Source: an uncultured Clostridia bacterium
GTDB lineage: Bacteria; Bacillota; Clostridia; Christensenellales; UBA1242
Direction: 5' to 3'
Length of the DNA: 64,000 nt
Assembly (NCBI GenBank): GCA_934756675.1
Contig: CAKVLG010000005.1
Location: 24,543-88,542, forward strand
Shown: piece by piece, positions 1 through 8,584 of the stretch
How positions within the stretch are numbered: position 1 is the first letter of the stretch
Layout: the number at the start of each line of letters is the position of its first letter
The notes under the pieces: model-generated
Told to the model about the DNA's origin: nothing
What the model saw: only the letters and a program-made list of their open reading frames with translations
Database searches by the model: none
Translations under genes and position numbers: made by a program

Positions 1-2150
1 AGAATAATGGTATTAATGCGACAGCGAGGAAAGTAACCATTTCTGGCGACGCTACAATATCTAATTGTGAATTTGGTATCCAAACCAATGCAGATGTGGT
101 TATGACTGGTGGCACAATCATAAGTTGCAAACAAGGTATTAAAGATACAAATTCAGCTACTTCTACAGCCACAATTGATATTAGTGGTGGTAGTATTAAC
201 CAATGCACAGAATATGGTGTTAATAGTCTTTATTCAGCTGTCAAATTATCTGGAAGTGCCAAATTAGAATCTAATTCAGTTGGTGTCCTTGGTTTTGTAA
301 CCATGGAAGGCGGTGCAATCAGAGATTGTGCAACTGGTATTTCTGGTGGCGCTGTTATGTCTGGTGGATCTATAACAGGTTGTAATATTGCTATTAGTTC
401 ATCCACTTCTGTAACCATGACAGGTGGTACAATTTCTAATGCTGGAAGTGGTACTGGTATAAAAGCACTAAGCACAGCAACAGGTGATATAACAATCTCT
501 GGCAATGCCACAATTAGTGGTTGCGAAAAAGCTATAGAAGCACTTAGAAATAATGTAATCATGACTGGTGGTAACATTGAAACTTGTGCAAAAGGTATCG
601 TTGGTATAACTGATGCAGTTCTAACTCAATCAATTGAAGTTAGTGGCGGTCAAATTTTAAATGGTACATATGGTGTTAATGCGGCATTTTCAACTGTAAC
701 AATCTCTGGAACAGCTAAAATTGATGGTTATGCAACCGGTGTCTTTGCCGGAACGGCTAAGATGCAAGGTGGTACAATTTCTAACTGTACTACAGTAGGT
801 ATTTCCGGCGGAGCAATAACGATGACTGGTGGTACATTGCAAGATAACACAATTGGTATTAATTCAGTTGGTGGCGCAACAATGTCTGGCGGTACAATCA
901 CCAATACAACGACTGAAAATATCGGTAAAAATATCGGTATTAAAGGGGTATCTTATGGTGCAACAATCTCTGACAATGCAACAATTTCTTATTGTTACGT
1001 TGCTATAGATTGCCCTGGTAAAGTTGTTATGACTGGCGGTAAACTCAGACACAACACAACAGGTATTAAAGCTACTGGCACGGTTGAAATAAGTGGATCT
1101 GCATATTTTGACAGTTGCACAATAGGTATTAATAATGCAGGAACATTGACAATGACAGGTGGAACAATTAGTAGTTGTACACCTGGGATTCTAACAACTG
1201 ACACAGCAACAATCACTGGTGGTACTATTGGTGGTAGTGACATTAATGTTAATGCGGGAACGCTTAACTTTGGTGGAACTGCCTATATGACTGGTAGTAA
1301 TACATTGAATTGTGTTAGCGGAGCAACTGTAAATATTACTGGTGGAAATATTGGTGGTGGCGGTATTGCCAATGGTATTATTGCTGGTGGAACTGTTAAT
1401 ATTTCTGGTGGTGTAAATGATAGCTATATTGGTGTTAAAGTTACGACAGGTACATTAATTATGACTGGTGGAAAAATAACAAATTGTATAGGTGGTGGTT
1501 TAAACATCACTGCAAATGCAACAAAGATTACACGCAATGGCAAAACAGCTGCTGCATTCCTAGAAGGTGGCGAGATTAGTAATTGTGGCTTGACTGATGG
1601 TGGCAATGGTGCTGGTGTTTACACAGCTAGTGACATTTATATGTCTGGCACAATTATTAAAAATAATAATATAGTAGGAAAAAAGGCAACTAAAGGTGGC
1701 GGCATGTACGTTGTTTCTGGTGCGACAGTAACAATGGACGGCGGCGCAATCCTTAATAATTATGCAACAGAGGCTGCAGGCGGTGTTTATGTAGAGTCAG
1801 GAGCTACATTCACATTCAACGGTGGTACAATTGCAGATAACGGCATTGCAGCAAACGACACCGAAATCGCTGAAACTCAGTACTATATTATTAATTTTAA
1901 TGCGAATAACAGCTCTGCTACTGGTAAAGTTGCAAGCATTTGGGCAAACAAGGCAGAGTCGTCTACGGTTCTTCCTGTTAACCAATTCGCTGTAAGCGGC
2001 AAAACCTTTGTAGGTTGGACAATTTCTTATCAAAATGCTTCTGGCACGACAGTCACAGTTAATATTGATGACGGTGCAACATTTGAGTATAACTCTTTGA
2101 TGGCTAACGCGAACGGGGAGATAACGCTTTACGCTAGATGGAGTGCATAA
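1..2150 (+). CDS. Surface/secreted beta-helix repeat protein, 5'-truncated by the window edge, with a C-terminal Listeria-Bacteroides (Flg_new-type) repeat domain
   Basis: Frame 3 is open from nt 3 (NNGINATARKVTISGDATISNCEFGIQ...), so the M at 96 is internal. Roughly two dozen ~20-aa units of the form V.MtGGtI..C..GI. The last ~90 aa (YYIINFNANNSSATG...GKTFVGWT...ITLYARWSA) fit the Flg_new signature. No LPXTG motif. Confidence 0.7.
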   Translation, partial: NNGINATARKVTISGDATISNCEFGIQTNADVVMTGGTIISCKQGIKDTNSATSTATIDISGGSINQCTEYGVNSLYSAVKLSGSAKLESNSVGVLGFVTMEGGAIRDCATGISGGAVMSGGSITGCNIAISSSTSVTMTGGTISNAGSGTGIKALSTATGDITISGNATISGCEKAIEALRNNVIMTGGNIETCAKGIVGITDAVLTQSIEVSGGQILNGTYGVNAAFSTVTISGTAKIDGYATGVFAGTAKMQGGTISNCTTVGISGGAITMTGGTLQDNTIGINSVGGATMSGGTITNTTTENIGKNIGIKGVSYGATISDNATISYCYVAIDCPGKVVMTGGKLRHNTTGIKATGTVEISGSAYFDSCTIGINNAGTLTMTGGTISSCTPGILTTDTATITGGTIGGSDINVNAGTLNFGGTAYMTGSNTLNCVSGATVNITGGNIGGGGIANGIIAGGTVNISGGVNDSYIGVKVTTGTLIMTGGKITNCIGGGLNITANATKITRNGKTAAAFLEGGEISNCGLTDGGNGAGVYTASDIYMSGTIIKNNNIVGKKATKGGGMYVVSGATVTMDGGAILNNYATEAAGGVYVESGATFTFNGGTIADNGIAANDTEIAETQYYIINFNANNSSATGKVASIWANKAESSTVLPVNQFAVSGKTFVGWTISYQNASGTTVTVNIDDGATFEYNSLMANANGEITLYARWSA

Positions 2151-2196
2151 CCCACAAGGTATTGCACAAAGCTAATATGCAAAAAATATGCAAAAA

Positions 2197-2227
2197 AGAA
2201 CTAAACAATCGTTTAGTTCTTTTTTTA
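2197..2227. terminator. Bidirectional intrinsic terminator between the convergent surface-protein gene and hipA
   Basis: Perfect 10-bp stem agaactaaac/gtttagttct (2197-2206 / 2211-2220) with a 4-nt loop. An A-run precedes it and T7 follows. Confidence 0.8.
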
Positions 2228-2238
2228 TGTTCAAATGT

Positions 2239-3339
2239 TTATTTTATAATAGATTTTATCTGTTTAATTATATCTTTACATCTTTTTTGTGACAAAGAAA
2301 ATGTTTTTGCTATCTCTAGTAAATCGGCTTCTGTTGGGTTGCTGTTACCATTGACTGTCATCTCGTGTTCTGGTTTTTGGGGTATACTTGTTATGTCGTA
2401 TGCTGGTGATAGTTTGTAACCGCCTAAATCTTCATCGTACAAAAATGAAAAGTTTTTGCTGTGGTCATCGCGGTTGTTATAAAACACATTAAAGCACATT
2501 CTTTTAAATGCTTCGTACATGTCTTCTGTGTCCACACAAATATTTTGTATAACTTGGAACAAGTGTCCATAGTCAAGGTTTGGTATTCTGTGAGTTGTTT
2601 CGAGAATAGCGGCTAATGAAATCATGTGAAGTTTTTTGCCGTTTTGTCTATCGAATCTTTTTGCCCCAAAATAACCTTTGCAGATGTTTGATTTGAATAG
2701 CTTAAATTCATTCACATTGATGCCGCACTCTTTTGCGAGTTTATTTGCAATAAACTCTTTCTCGCCAATATCTTTTGGGTCTATTAAACAAGGAAATTTA
2801 ACAATCCACTCTTCATTGTCAATTGTTATGTGTGCCTTTGGCCTTGCACCACCACTTGAACCACCAAGGTTAAATATTCTGTCTAGGTCGATGTTTGTTG
2901 TATTGTTGTTTAATATTTTTTCACACTCTTTTGCGATTTCGTCAAGCCCCAAGTTAGTGTTTTGTGCTTGCATGCTGGTGTGTGGTTTATATTCCAAAGC
3001 GCCAAGACCATTTTTACTTAAGATAGACAATTTTTGCAAAGAAGTTAATTTGTCAAAATCTATACCGTGCTCGCTTAACATTCTGCGAACTAAGAGTTCG
3101 CCCCAACCGTCTGGTAAACTATCCCAAAACACACCAAATAGACCACCAAACATTGTTGGTTTATTGCTAATATATATCTCGCTAGAAAGTGGCAGAGAAA
3201 ATGGTGAGATAGAAAAACCATTTTTTATCCATTCGTCAGCATACTGAAAAGCAATACTTTTATTTTTGAGTTCTGCAAGGTAACCAACAATTTTTCCATT
3301 GTATTCAACGGTTAGTTTTTTTACATCTTCTATTTTCAT
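2239..3339 (-). CDS. hipA: HipA-family serine/threonine kinase toxin (type II TA)
   Basis: 366 aa. GGSSGGARPKA loop and NNRDDHSKNFSF...LSPAYD catalytic region are typical of HipA_C. 4-nt start/stop overlap with the upstream HTH gene. Confidence 0.85.
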   Translation of the reverse strand: MKIEDVKKLTVEYNGKIVGYLAELKNKSIAFQYADEWIKNGFSISPFSLPLSSEIYISNKPTMFGGLFGVFWDSLPDGWGELLVRRMLSEHGIDFDKLTSLQKLSILSKNGLGALEYKPHTSMQAQNTNLGLDEIAKECEKILNNNTTNIDLDRIFNLGGSSGGARPKAHITIDNEEWIVKFPCLIDPKDIGEKEFIANKLAKECGINVNEFKLFKSNICKGYFGAKRFDRQNGKKLHMISLAAILETTHRIPNLDYGHLFQVIQNICVDTEDMYEAFKRMCFNVFYNNRDDHSKNFSFLYDEDLGGYKLSPAYDITSIPQKPEHEMTVNGNSNPTEADLLEIAKTFSLSQKRCKDIIKQIKSIIK

Positions 3340-3623
3340 TTGTACTCCTTTAAATTGTGCACAATTTCTGTGGTGAAAATTGAATCGAAATCTGTTAGCA
3401 TGTTTAATGCTTTAGCAATTTTTAAAAGTGAAGTGAAAGAGATTTCGCCAGTTGATTCAAACCTTTTGATAGATGCATAGCTTACGCCAGATTTTTTCGC
3501 CAAGGTTTGTTGAGTTAATTTGGCTTCTTTGCGGCGTTGTTTTAATCTTTCTATTATTCCGCACAAAACACTTTGCTCGGTTGTTGCATGTATAAAATTG
3601 TTAATATCATATTTGTTTTTCAT
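3336..3623 (-). CDS. hipB: Xre-family HTH antitoxin (HipB-like)
   Basis: 95 aa. HTH segment LTQQTLAKKSGVSYASIKRFESTGEISFTSLLKIAKAL. Overlaps hipA by ATGA. Confidence 0.8.
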   Translation of the reverse strand: MKNKYDINNFIHATTEQSVLCGIIERLKQRRKEAKLTQQTLAKKSGVSYASIKRFESTGEISFTSLLKIAKALNMLTDFDSIFTTEIVHNLKEYK

Positions 3624-3627
3624 ATTA

Positions 3628-3681
3628 CTAAAATATTAGCAATTTTATATAAAAAAGTCAAGTAATTGCTAAAATATTAGC
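3628..3681 (-). promoter_or_regulatory. hipBA promoter with two copies of a 13-nt near-palindromic operator-like repeat
   Basis: Minus strand reads TTGACT (3661-3656), 17 nt, TGcTAATAT (-10 at 3638-3633), 9 nt, ATG (3623). There is no SD. CTAAAATATTAGC occurs at 3628-3640 (over the -10/TSS) and at 3669-3681 (just upstream of the -35). The second copy forms GCTAA-N4-TTAGC. Confidence 0.55.
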
Positions 3682-6250
3682 TATTTTTTTTCTTCCCGTT
3701 CACGATTAGCTTTGTGAGTTCGACTAGTGGAATGATTGAAATGCTGGCGATAATTGTTATTAACCATTGTGTTAAGTTGAGCGATGTTAAACTAAACATT
3801 TTTTGGAGTGGGGCAATGGTGCTTACGCCAACAATTGAAAGCATGAGAACGACAAATGAAATATTGAATGCTGGGTTATTAAACACTTTAATTTTGAAAA
3901 CACTTTGGTTTGTTTTGCAATTTATTGCATGAATTATTTGCATAAAGCAGATGATTAAAAAACAAATGGTACTTGCAACCATGTTGCCATATGCGTGGCA
4001 TGTGCAAGTGAATACGGTTAGAACTAGCAAACTTTGTACGAACGCTTGGAGCAAGATGTGCCAACCCGTGTTGCCGGCAAAAATAGATTCGCTAGATTTG
4101 CGTGGCGGGATGTCCATAATATTTTTTTCTGGTTTTTCGAGCCCCAAGGCAAATGCTGGCAAGCTATCTGTTATAAGGTTAATAAACAGCAATTGGGAAG
4201 GCAGCAGCATTGCCGCGTCACGAATTAGTAGTGACGAAACAAAAATGCAAATAACTTCTACCGCGTTGGTACTGATTAAGAATTGCAAGGTCTTACGCAA
4301 GTTTGCATAAATTGTTCTGCCTTGTTTGACGGCAAGCACAATGCTTGTGAAGTTGTTGTCAGAAAGAACAAGGTCGGCAACGCTCTTTGTTACATCACTG
4401 CCGCTGCCCATACATACGCCAATGTCAGCTTGCTTTACGCTTGGAGCATCGTTAGCTCCGTCACCTGTCATTGCAACGATGTTGCCTTTCTTTTGAAGCA
4501 ATCGCACAAGTCTGTTTTTGTCTTCGGGCGTGACCCTTGCAAACACGCTTAACGAATCGATAATTTGCAACAGCTTTTCATCGCTAAGGTGGTGCATTTG
4601 CTCGCCAGTCAACACTTCCTTATAAGATTTTGCAAGCCCCAACTGTTTGCTTATTGCAAAAGCTGTTTCGGGGTGGTCGCCTGTTATCATAACGGGTTTC
4701 ATATGCGCGCGTTTACATGTTTTTATTGCAGATATTACTTCTTTGCGCGGTGGGTCGGTTATGCCAACAAGTATTTTTAATGTTAAGCCGCTACAATTTT
4801 CTATATTTGATGTTTGTTTGACGGCAAAGGCGATTACGCGTTCGCCCCTTGATGCCATTTTAGAGTGTTCTAGCTCCAAGTTTTTTAAAAGTTCTTTGCT
4901 AGCTGGCACTTGTTTGCCGTCTATTTCGATATTTGAGCAAAAAGGCAAAATATAGTCCATTGCACCTTTCATAATCAGCCAAGGCTCGCCATTAATCAAG
5001 TTCAAGGTGGACATTTTTTTATCTTTGCTGTTAAATGGAACTTCTGCCAGGCGTTTGCATGCCTGTTTACATACATTTATATTGATTTGAGGCGAAATAT
5101 AATTCAAAATCGCCGTTTCGGTTGCGTCACCAATTATTTTATCATTATTTGCTTTTGCGTTTGTGCAAAGGCACAAAATTTGCTTTGAAAACTCATCAAG
5201 CTTGTTTGCAGTGGATAGATGATTGCCGCTTACAAAAATTGATGTGACAGTCATTTTGTTTTCGGTCAGTGTTCCAGTTTTGTCTGAACACAAATAGTTG
5301 CAGCAGCCAAGAGTTTCGACAGAGCTTAGGTTTTTTATTATCGCGTTGTGTTTTGCAAGCTTTTCTACACCGAGCGCCATGATTATTGTTATGACTGCGG
5401 GTAAACTTTCGGGAATGGCAGCAACTGCCAAGGCAACTGCAACCATAAATGAATCAAGCATGTTTAATCGTTTTGAAAATAGCAGTTCTATTGCAAACAC
5501 TAGGGCAGAAATAATCAGCACGCTAATTGTTATTACTTTGCCGATTTGGTCAATTGTGTTTTCTAGCGGTGTCTTTTCTTTTTTGCTGTTATTAATCAGC
5601 CCCGCAATCTTGCCAATTTTAGCGTTTTTGCCGGTAGCAATAACAATGCCTGTGCCACTGCCGCTTGTGATTATTGTGCCAGAAAAACATATGTTTTTAT
5701 CTGTTATTTTGTTGTTATCAGTTGCAAACTTTTCGATATTGTCGCTTTCGCCAGTTAGTGTACTTTCGTTACACTTTAGACTACTGGCGGCAGACAAAAC
5801 AATATCCGCGGGGCAAAAATCGCCGTTTTTTATGTGCACCACATCACCAACAACAAGCTCTGAAGTGTCTATAACAAGTTCTTTTCCGCCACGCGTGACG
5901 ACAGCTTTTGGAGATGTCTGTTTTTTCAGTTTTTCGATGGCGTCTTCTGCCTTTTGTTCTTGTAACACACCAATAAAAGCGTTTACAATAACGATTACAA
6001 AAATTATGACCGCTTCAAAAATGTTGCCGCCGCCAGGTTCACGAACATTTATAATTAAAGAAATAGTGGCACTTAGCAGCAATACTATTACCATTAAGTT
6101 TTTAAATTGCAACAAAAAACGAACCAGAAAAGGTTTGCGTTTTTGTTTTTCCAGTTCGTTTGTTCCGTGCTGCTCGCGGCTCTTTGCGACTTGTTCGTCT
6201 GTGAGCCCGCCAGCACTTGTGTTATATTTTGCAAATATGTTTTGTTCCAT
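3677..6250 (-). CDS. Cation-transporting P-type ATPase (Ca2+-type, P2A-like)
   Basis: 857 aa. CSDKTGTLT phosphorylation site, LTGESD actuator motif and MTGDGANDAP hinge. N-terminus (GLTDEQVAKSREQHGTNEL) is typical of Ca2+ pumps. SD ggagag lies upstream. Confidence 0.85.
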   Translation of the reverse strand: MEQNIFAKYNTSAGGLTDEQVAKSREQHGTNELEKQKRKPFLVRFLLQFKNLMVIVLLLSATISLIINVREPGGGNIFEAVIIFVIVIVNAFIGVLQEQKAEDAIEKLKKQTSPKAVVTRGGKELVIDTSELVVGDVVHIKNGDFCPADIVLSAASSLKCNESTLTGESDNIEKFATDNNKITDKNICFSGTIITSGSGTGIVIATGKNAKIGKIAGLINNSKKEKTPLENTIDQIGKVITISVLIISALVFAIELLFSKRLNMLDSFMVAVALAVAAIPESLPAVITIIMALGVEKLAKHNAIIKNLSSVETLGCCNYLCSDKTGTLTENKMTVTSIFVSGNHLSTANKLDEFSKQILCLCTNAKANNDKIIGDATETAILNYISPQININVCKQACKRLAEVPFNSKDKKMSTLNLINGEPWLIMKGAMDYILPFCSNIEIDGKQVPASKELLKNLELEHSKMASRGERVIAFAVKQTSNIENCSGLTLKILVGITDPPRKEVISAIKTCKRAHMKPVMITGDHPETAFAISKQLGLAKSYKEVLTGEQMHHLSDEKLLQIIDSLSVFARVTPEDKNRLVRLLQKKGNIVAMTGDGANDAPSVKQADIGVCMGSGSDVTKSVADLVLSDNNFTSIVLAVKQGRTIYANLRKTLQFLISTNAVEVICIFVSSLLIRDAAMLLPSQLLFINLITDSLPAFALGLEKPEKNIMDIPPRKSSESIFAGNTGWHILLQAFVQSLLVLTVFTCTCHAYGNMVASTICFLIICFMQIIHAINCKTNQSVFKIKVFNNPAFNISFVVLMLSIVGVSTIAPLQKMFSLTSLNLTQWLITIIASISIIPLVELTKLIVNGKKKNS

Positions 6251-6282
6251 GTTCTCTCCGCTAGTTAATCTTACGAGAGAAC
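6251..6282 (-). promoter_or_regulatory. Hairpin able to sequester the ATPase Shine-Dalgarno sequence
   Basis: mRNA sense reads gttctctc-N16-gagagaac-ATG. The 8-bp inverted repeat is 6275-6282 / 6251-6258. The 3' arm contains the SD (ggagag) and abuts the start codon. Confidence 0.4.
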
Positions 6283-6290
6283 GTGGCGAT

Positions 6291-7070
6291 TTATGCGTCT
6301 AGTGCGTCGTTTTTGTATTCAGCTTGTGGTTGTGCAAGTTTTTGCATGTTATATTCCTTGGTTACCGCTTCAAACGCGCTTTCTTCTATTGCGCTCATGA
6401 TTTGGTGTTCGACCATACTATATGCGTCAATGTCGGTAATAATTATGTGATCAAGCACCTTTATGTCGTTGAGCAGACAACTGCAGACTAGTGCTCTTGT
6501 AAATGCAATGTCTGGGTCGCTAGGTGAACATTCGCCAGCTGGGTGATTGTGAGCAACGACAATGCGTTCGCTTTTGCATGCAATACAATAGTTAGTTATG
6601 TCGCGTATTGATGCGTTGACAGAATGAGCCGTGCCAACTGCAAGCACTTTTCTTGCCATAACGCGGTTTTGTGCATCAAGACACACAACAGCAAAGCCTT
6701 CTTCTTTTCTGCCAAGTAGCATGCGTTGGGTATATTGTTTTGCAATAGACGTACTACTAAGCGTAATCTCGCGGCCGTGACTGCCATAGCTTTCGATAAC
6801 CGTGCCAAGCGAGTTTAAAAATATTGCCGCATGCTCGCCAATGCCATTGATACTCATAAGTGCATCGACAGGTGCGTGCACAACATCTTCGAGAGAACCA
6901 AACTCTTTGAGTAATTTGTGTGCAAGCAAGTTTGTGTCCTTTTGTGGGCAAGCAAAAAACAACAAAAATTCAAGGCGTTCGACTTCACTAAAATTGTCGA
7001 ACTCGCTTCTCAGATATGTTTCTTTCATACGCTGCCTGTGACCAGTATGCACATTCTTATCTTTAATCAT
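6291..7070 (-). CDS. radC: RadC-family JAB/MPN-domain protein
   Basis: HNHPAGECSPSDPD JAMM motif. The listed ORF begins at a TTG (7085). The ATG at 7070 (MIKDKNV...) lies 6 nt downstream of a TACAAT box. Confidence 0.8.
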   Translation of the reverse strand: MIKDKNVHTGHRQRMKETYLRSEFDNFSEVERLEFLLFFACPQKDTNLLAHKLLKEFGSLEDVVHAPVDALMSINGIGEHAAIFLNSLGTVIESYGSHGREITLSSTSIAKQYTQRMLLGRKEEGFAVVCLDAQNRVMARKVLAVGTAHSVNASIRDITNYCIACKSERIVVAHNHPAGECSPSDPDIAFTRALVCSCLLNDIKVLDHIIITDIDAYSMVEHQIMSAIEESAFEAVTKEYNMQKLAQPQAEYKNDALDA

Positions 7071-7148
7071 AGAGATATTGTACAATAATTTTGCAAAATA
7101 ATAAACTCTTTGATATTGTTTTTTTAATTTTTATGCTATAATGCATGT
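7071..7148. promoter_or_regulatory. 78-bp divergent promoter region; both genes appear leaderless
   Basis: Plus strand: TGcTATAAT 7134-7142, 6 nt, ATG 7149. Minus strand: TACAAT 7082-7077, 6 nt, ATG 7070. Neither side has an SD. Confidence 0.5.
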
Positions 7149-8534
7149 ATGAGTGAACTTAAGAAAAACCAAAAATTTAACGCAGAGATTATAGATTTGT
7201 CGGCAAGTGGCAACGGTGTTGCAAAAATAAATGGCGAGGCAGTGTTTGTTCCGGGCACGCTCCCTGGCGAAGAGATAGAAGGCGTTGTTATTAACTGTAA
7301 ATCTAAATTTGCTATTGGAAAAATGCAAAAAATAACGCGTGAAAGTGAAAACAGGGTAGTGCCTAAATGTAAATATTTTTTGAAGTGTGGTGGCTGCGGC
7401 TTGCAACACTTAAATTATAAAAGTCAACTAGAATTTAAACGTGAACAAGTAGAGCGATTGCTTGGTGGCAGAGTAAAGGTGCAAGGCACATTTTCTACTG
7501 GCGAATATTTTTATCGTAACAAAGTGGCATTTCCAGTTTCGGACGCGGGCGAGATTGGTATGTATCGCACGGGCACGCACACTGTCGTTCCGCTGGACGA
7601 TTGCGTTATTGGCAAACCATTTGCAAAAAAATTGCTTGCTGCTGGCAAAGAAATAATTGCTGGTGGTGCTAAAATCAAGCATGTCTTAGCGCGTGAATTA
7701 TCTGGCAAAATATTAATAACGTTTGTTACAGAAAATGAGAAAAATGTCGACACGAGAATGGCGATAAAAGTTCTAGATAATTATTTTGATGACTATCAAT
7801 TGAATTTAAATATCAATACTCTTGGTAACAACGTTATTTTGTCTGACAAGTTTGTCGACATAAAAGGCAATGGCGAAATCGAACATGATGCACTTGGTGT
7901 GCGTGTGAAGGTTTCTAACGGTAGTTTTTTCCAAGTTAACGAAATGGTTAGTGAAGAGATTTATCGCCGCGTTTTGCAACTGATAGATAACAACTCTGTT
8001 GTTGTCGATTGTTATAGCGGGGCGGGGCTATTAACTGCTATTCTTTCTAAACGTGCAAAGACGTGTTATGGTATAGAAATTGTTAAAAGTGCAATTGCCG
8101 ATGCCGATAAACTCAAAGCAGAGAACCATATTTACAACATGAAGAACATTAATGGCGACTGTAAAATAGAGTTGCCAAAACTTGCAACTAAGCTTGCAAA
8201 AGAAAAGGTGAACATTGTTGTCGACCCGCCACGTAAAGGGCTAGATAAAAGTGTAATACTTACAATTGCGAGCGCAAAACCCGTTAGAGTGATTTATATC
8301 TCTTGCGGGCCAGCAACACTTGCACGCGATGTTGCTATTTTCGAAGAAAACGGATATAAGCTTGTGTCTGCGCAGACCTTTGATATGTTTCCGCAGACTC
8401 CGCATGTCGAAACGCTTGCAGTGCTTGAACCGCAAAGTAAGACATTGCCTGCGAAACGAAAAGAAAATGCAGCTAAAAACAAATACTTTGCTTTTTATGA
8501 CGATGTGAAAATTGCGTCTGATGACGAGTGGTAA
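7149..8534 (+). CDS. 23S rRNA (uracil-5-)-methyltransferase, RumA/RlmD family
   Basis: 461 aa. N-terminal TRAM domain, Fe-S cysteines (CKYFLKCGGCGLQH), SAM-MTase core (VVDCYSGAGL, VDPPRKG), and a ~35-aa extra C-terminal tail. Confidence 0.85.
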   Translation: MSELKKNQKFNAEIIDLSASGNGVAKINGEAVFVPGTLPGEEIEGVVINCKSKFAIGKMQKITRESENRVVPKCKYFLKCGGCGLQHLNYKSQLEFKREQVERLLGGRVKVQGTFSTGEYFYRNKVAFPVSDAGEIGMYRTGTHTVVPLDDCVIGKPFAKKLLAAGKEIIAGGAKIKHVLARELSGKILITFVTENEKNVDTRMAIKVLDNYFDDYQLNLNINTLGNNVILSDKFVDIKGNGEIEHDALGVRVKVSNGSFFQVNEMVSEEIYRRVLQLIDNNSVVVDCYSGAGLLTAILSKRAKTCYGIEIVKSAIADADKLKAENHIYNMKNINGDCKIELPKLATKLAKEKVNIVVDPPRKGLDKSVILTIASAKPVRVIYISCGPATLARDVAIFEENGYKLVSAQTFDMFPQTPHVETLAVLEPQSKTLPAKRKENAAKNKYFAFYDDVKIASDDEW

Positions 8535-8584
8535 ATTGCTTGCATGGACGTGCAAAATATTGTAGAATGCTATTAGGTGAATAA

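Noticed and set aside
5298-6302. Long antisense ORFs opposite real genes: 334 aa at 5298-6302 opposite the P-type ATPase, 189 aa at 2678-3247 opposite hipA, 225 aa at 51361-52038 opposite rpoB, 158 aa at 33216-33692, and 153 aa at 63221-63682 opposite dnaX.
   Set aside because: Their translations are low-complexity and hydrophobic, and they lack SD or promoter context. Each lies exactly antisense to a gene with unmistakable conserved motifs. They look like frame-complement artefacts of codon bias, not overlapping genes.
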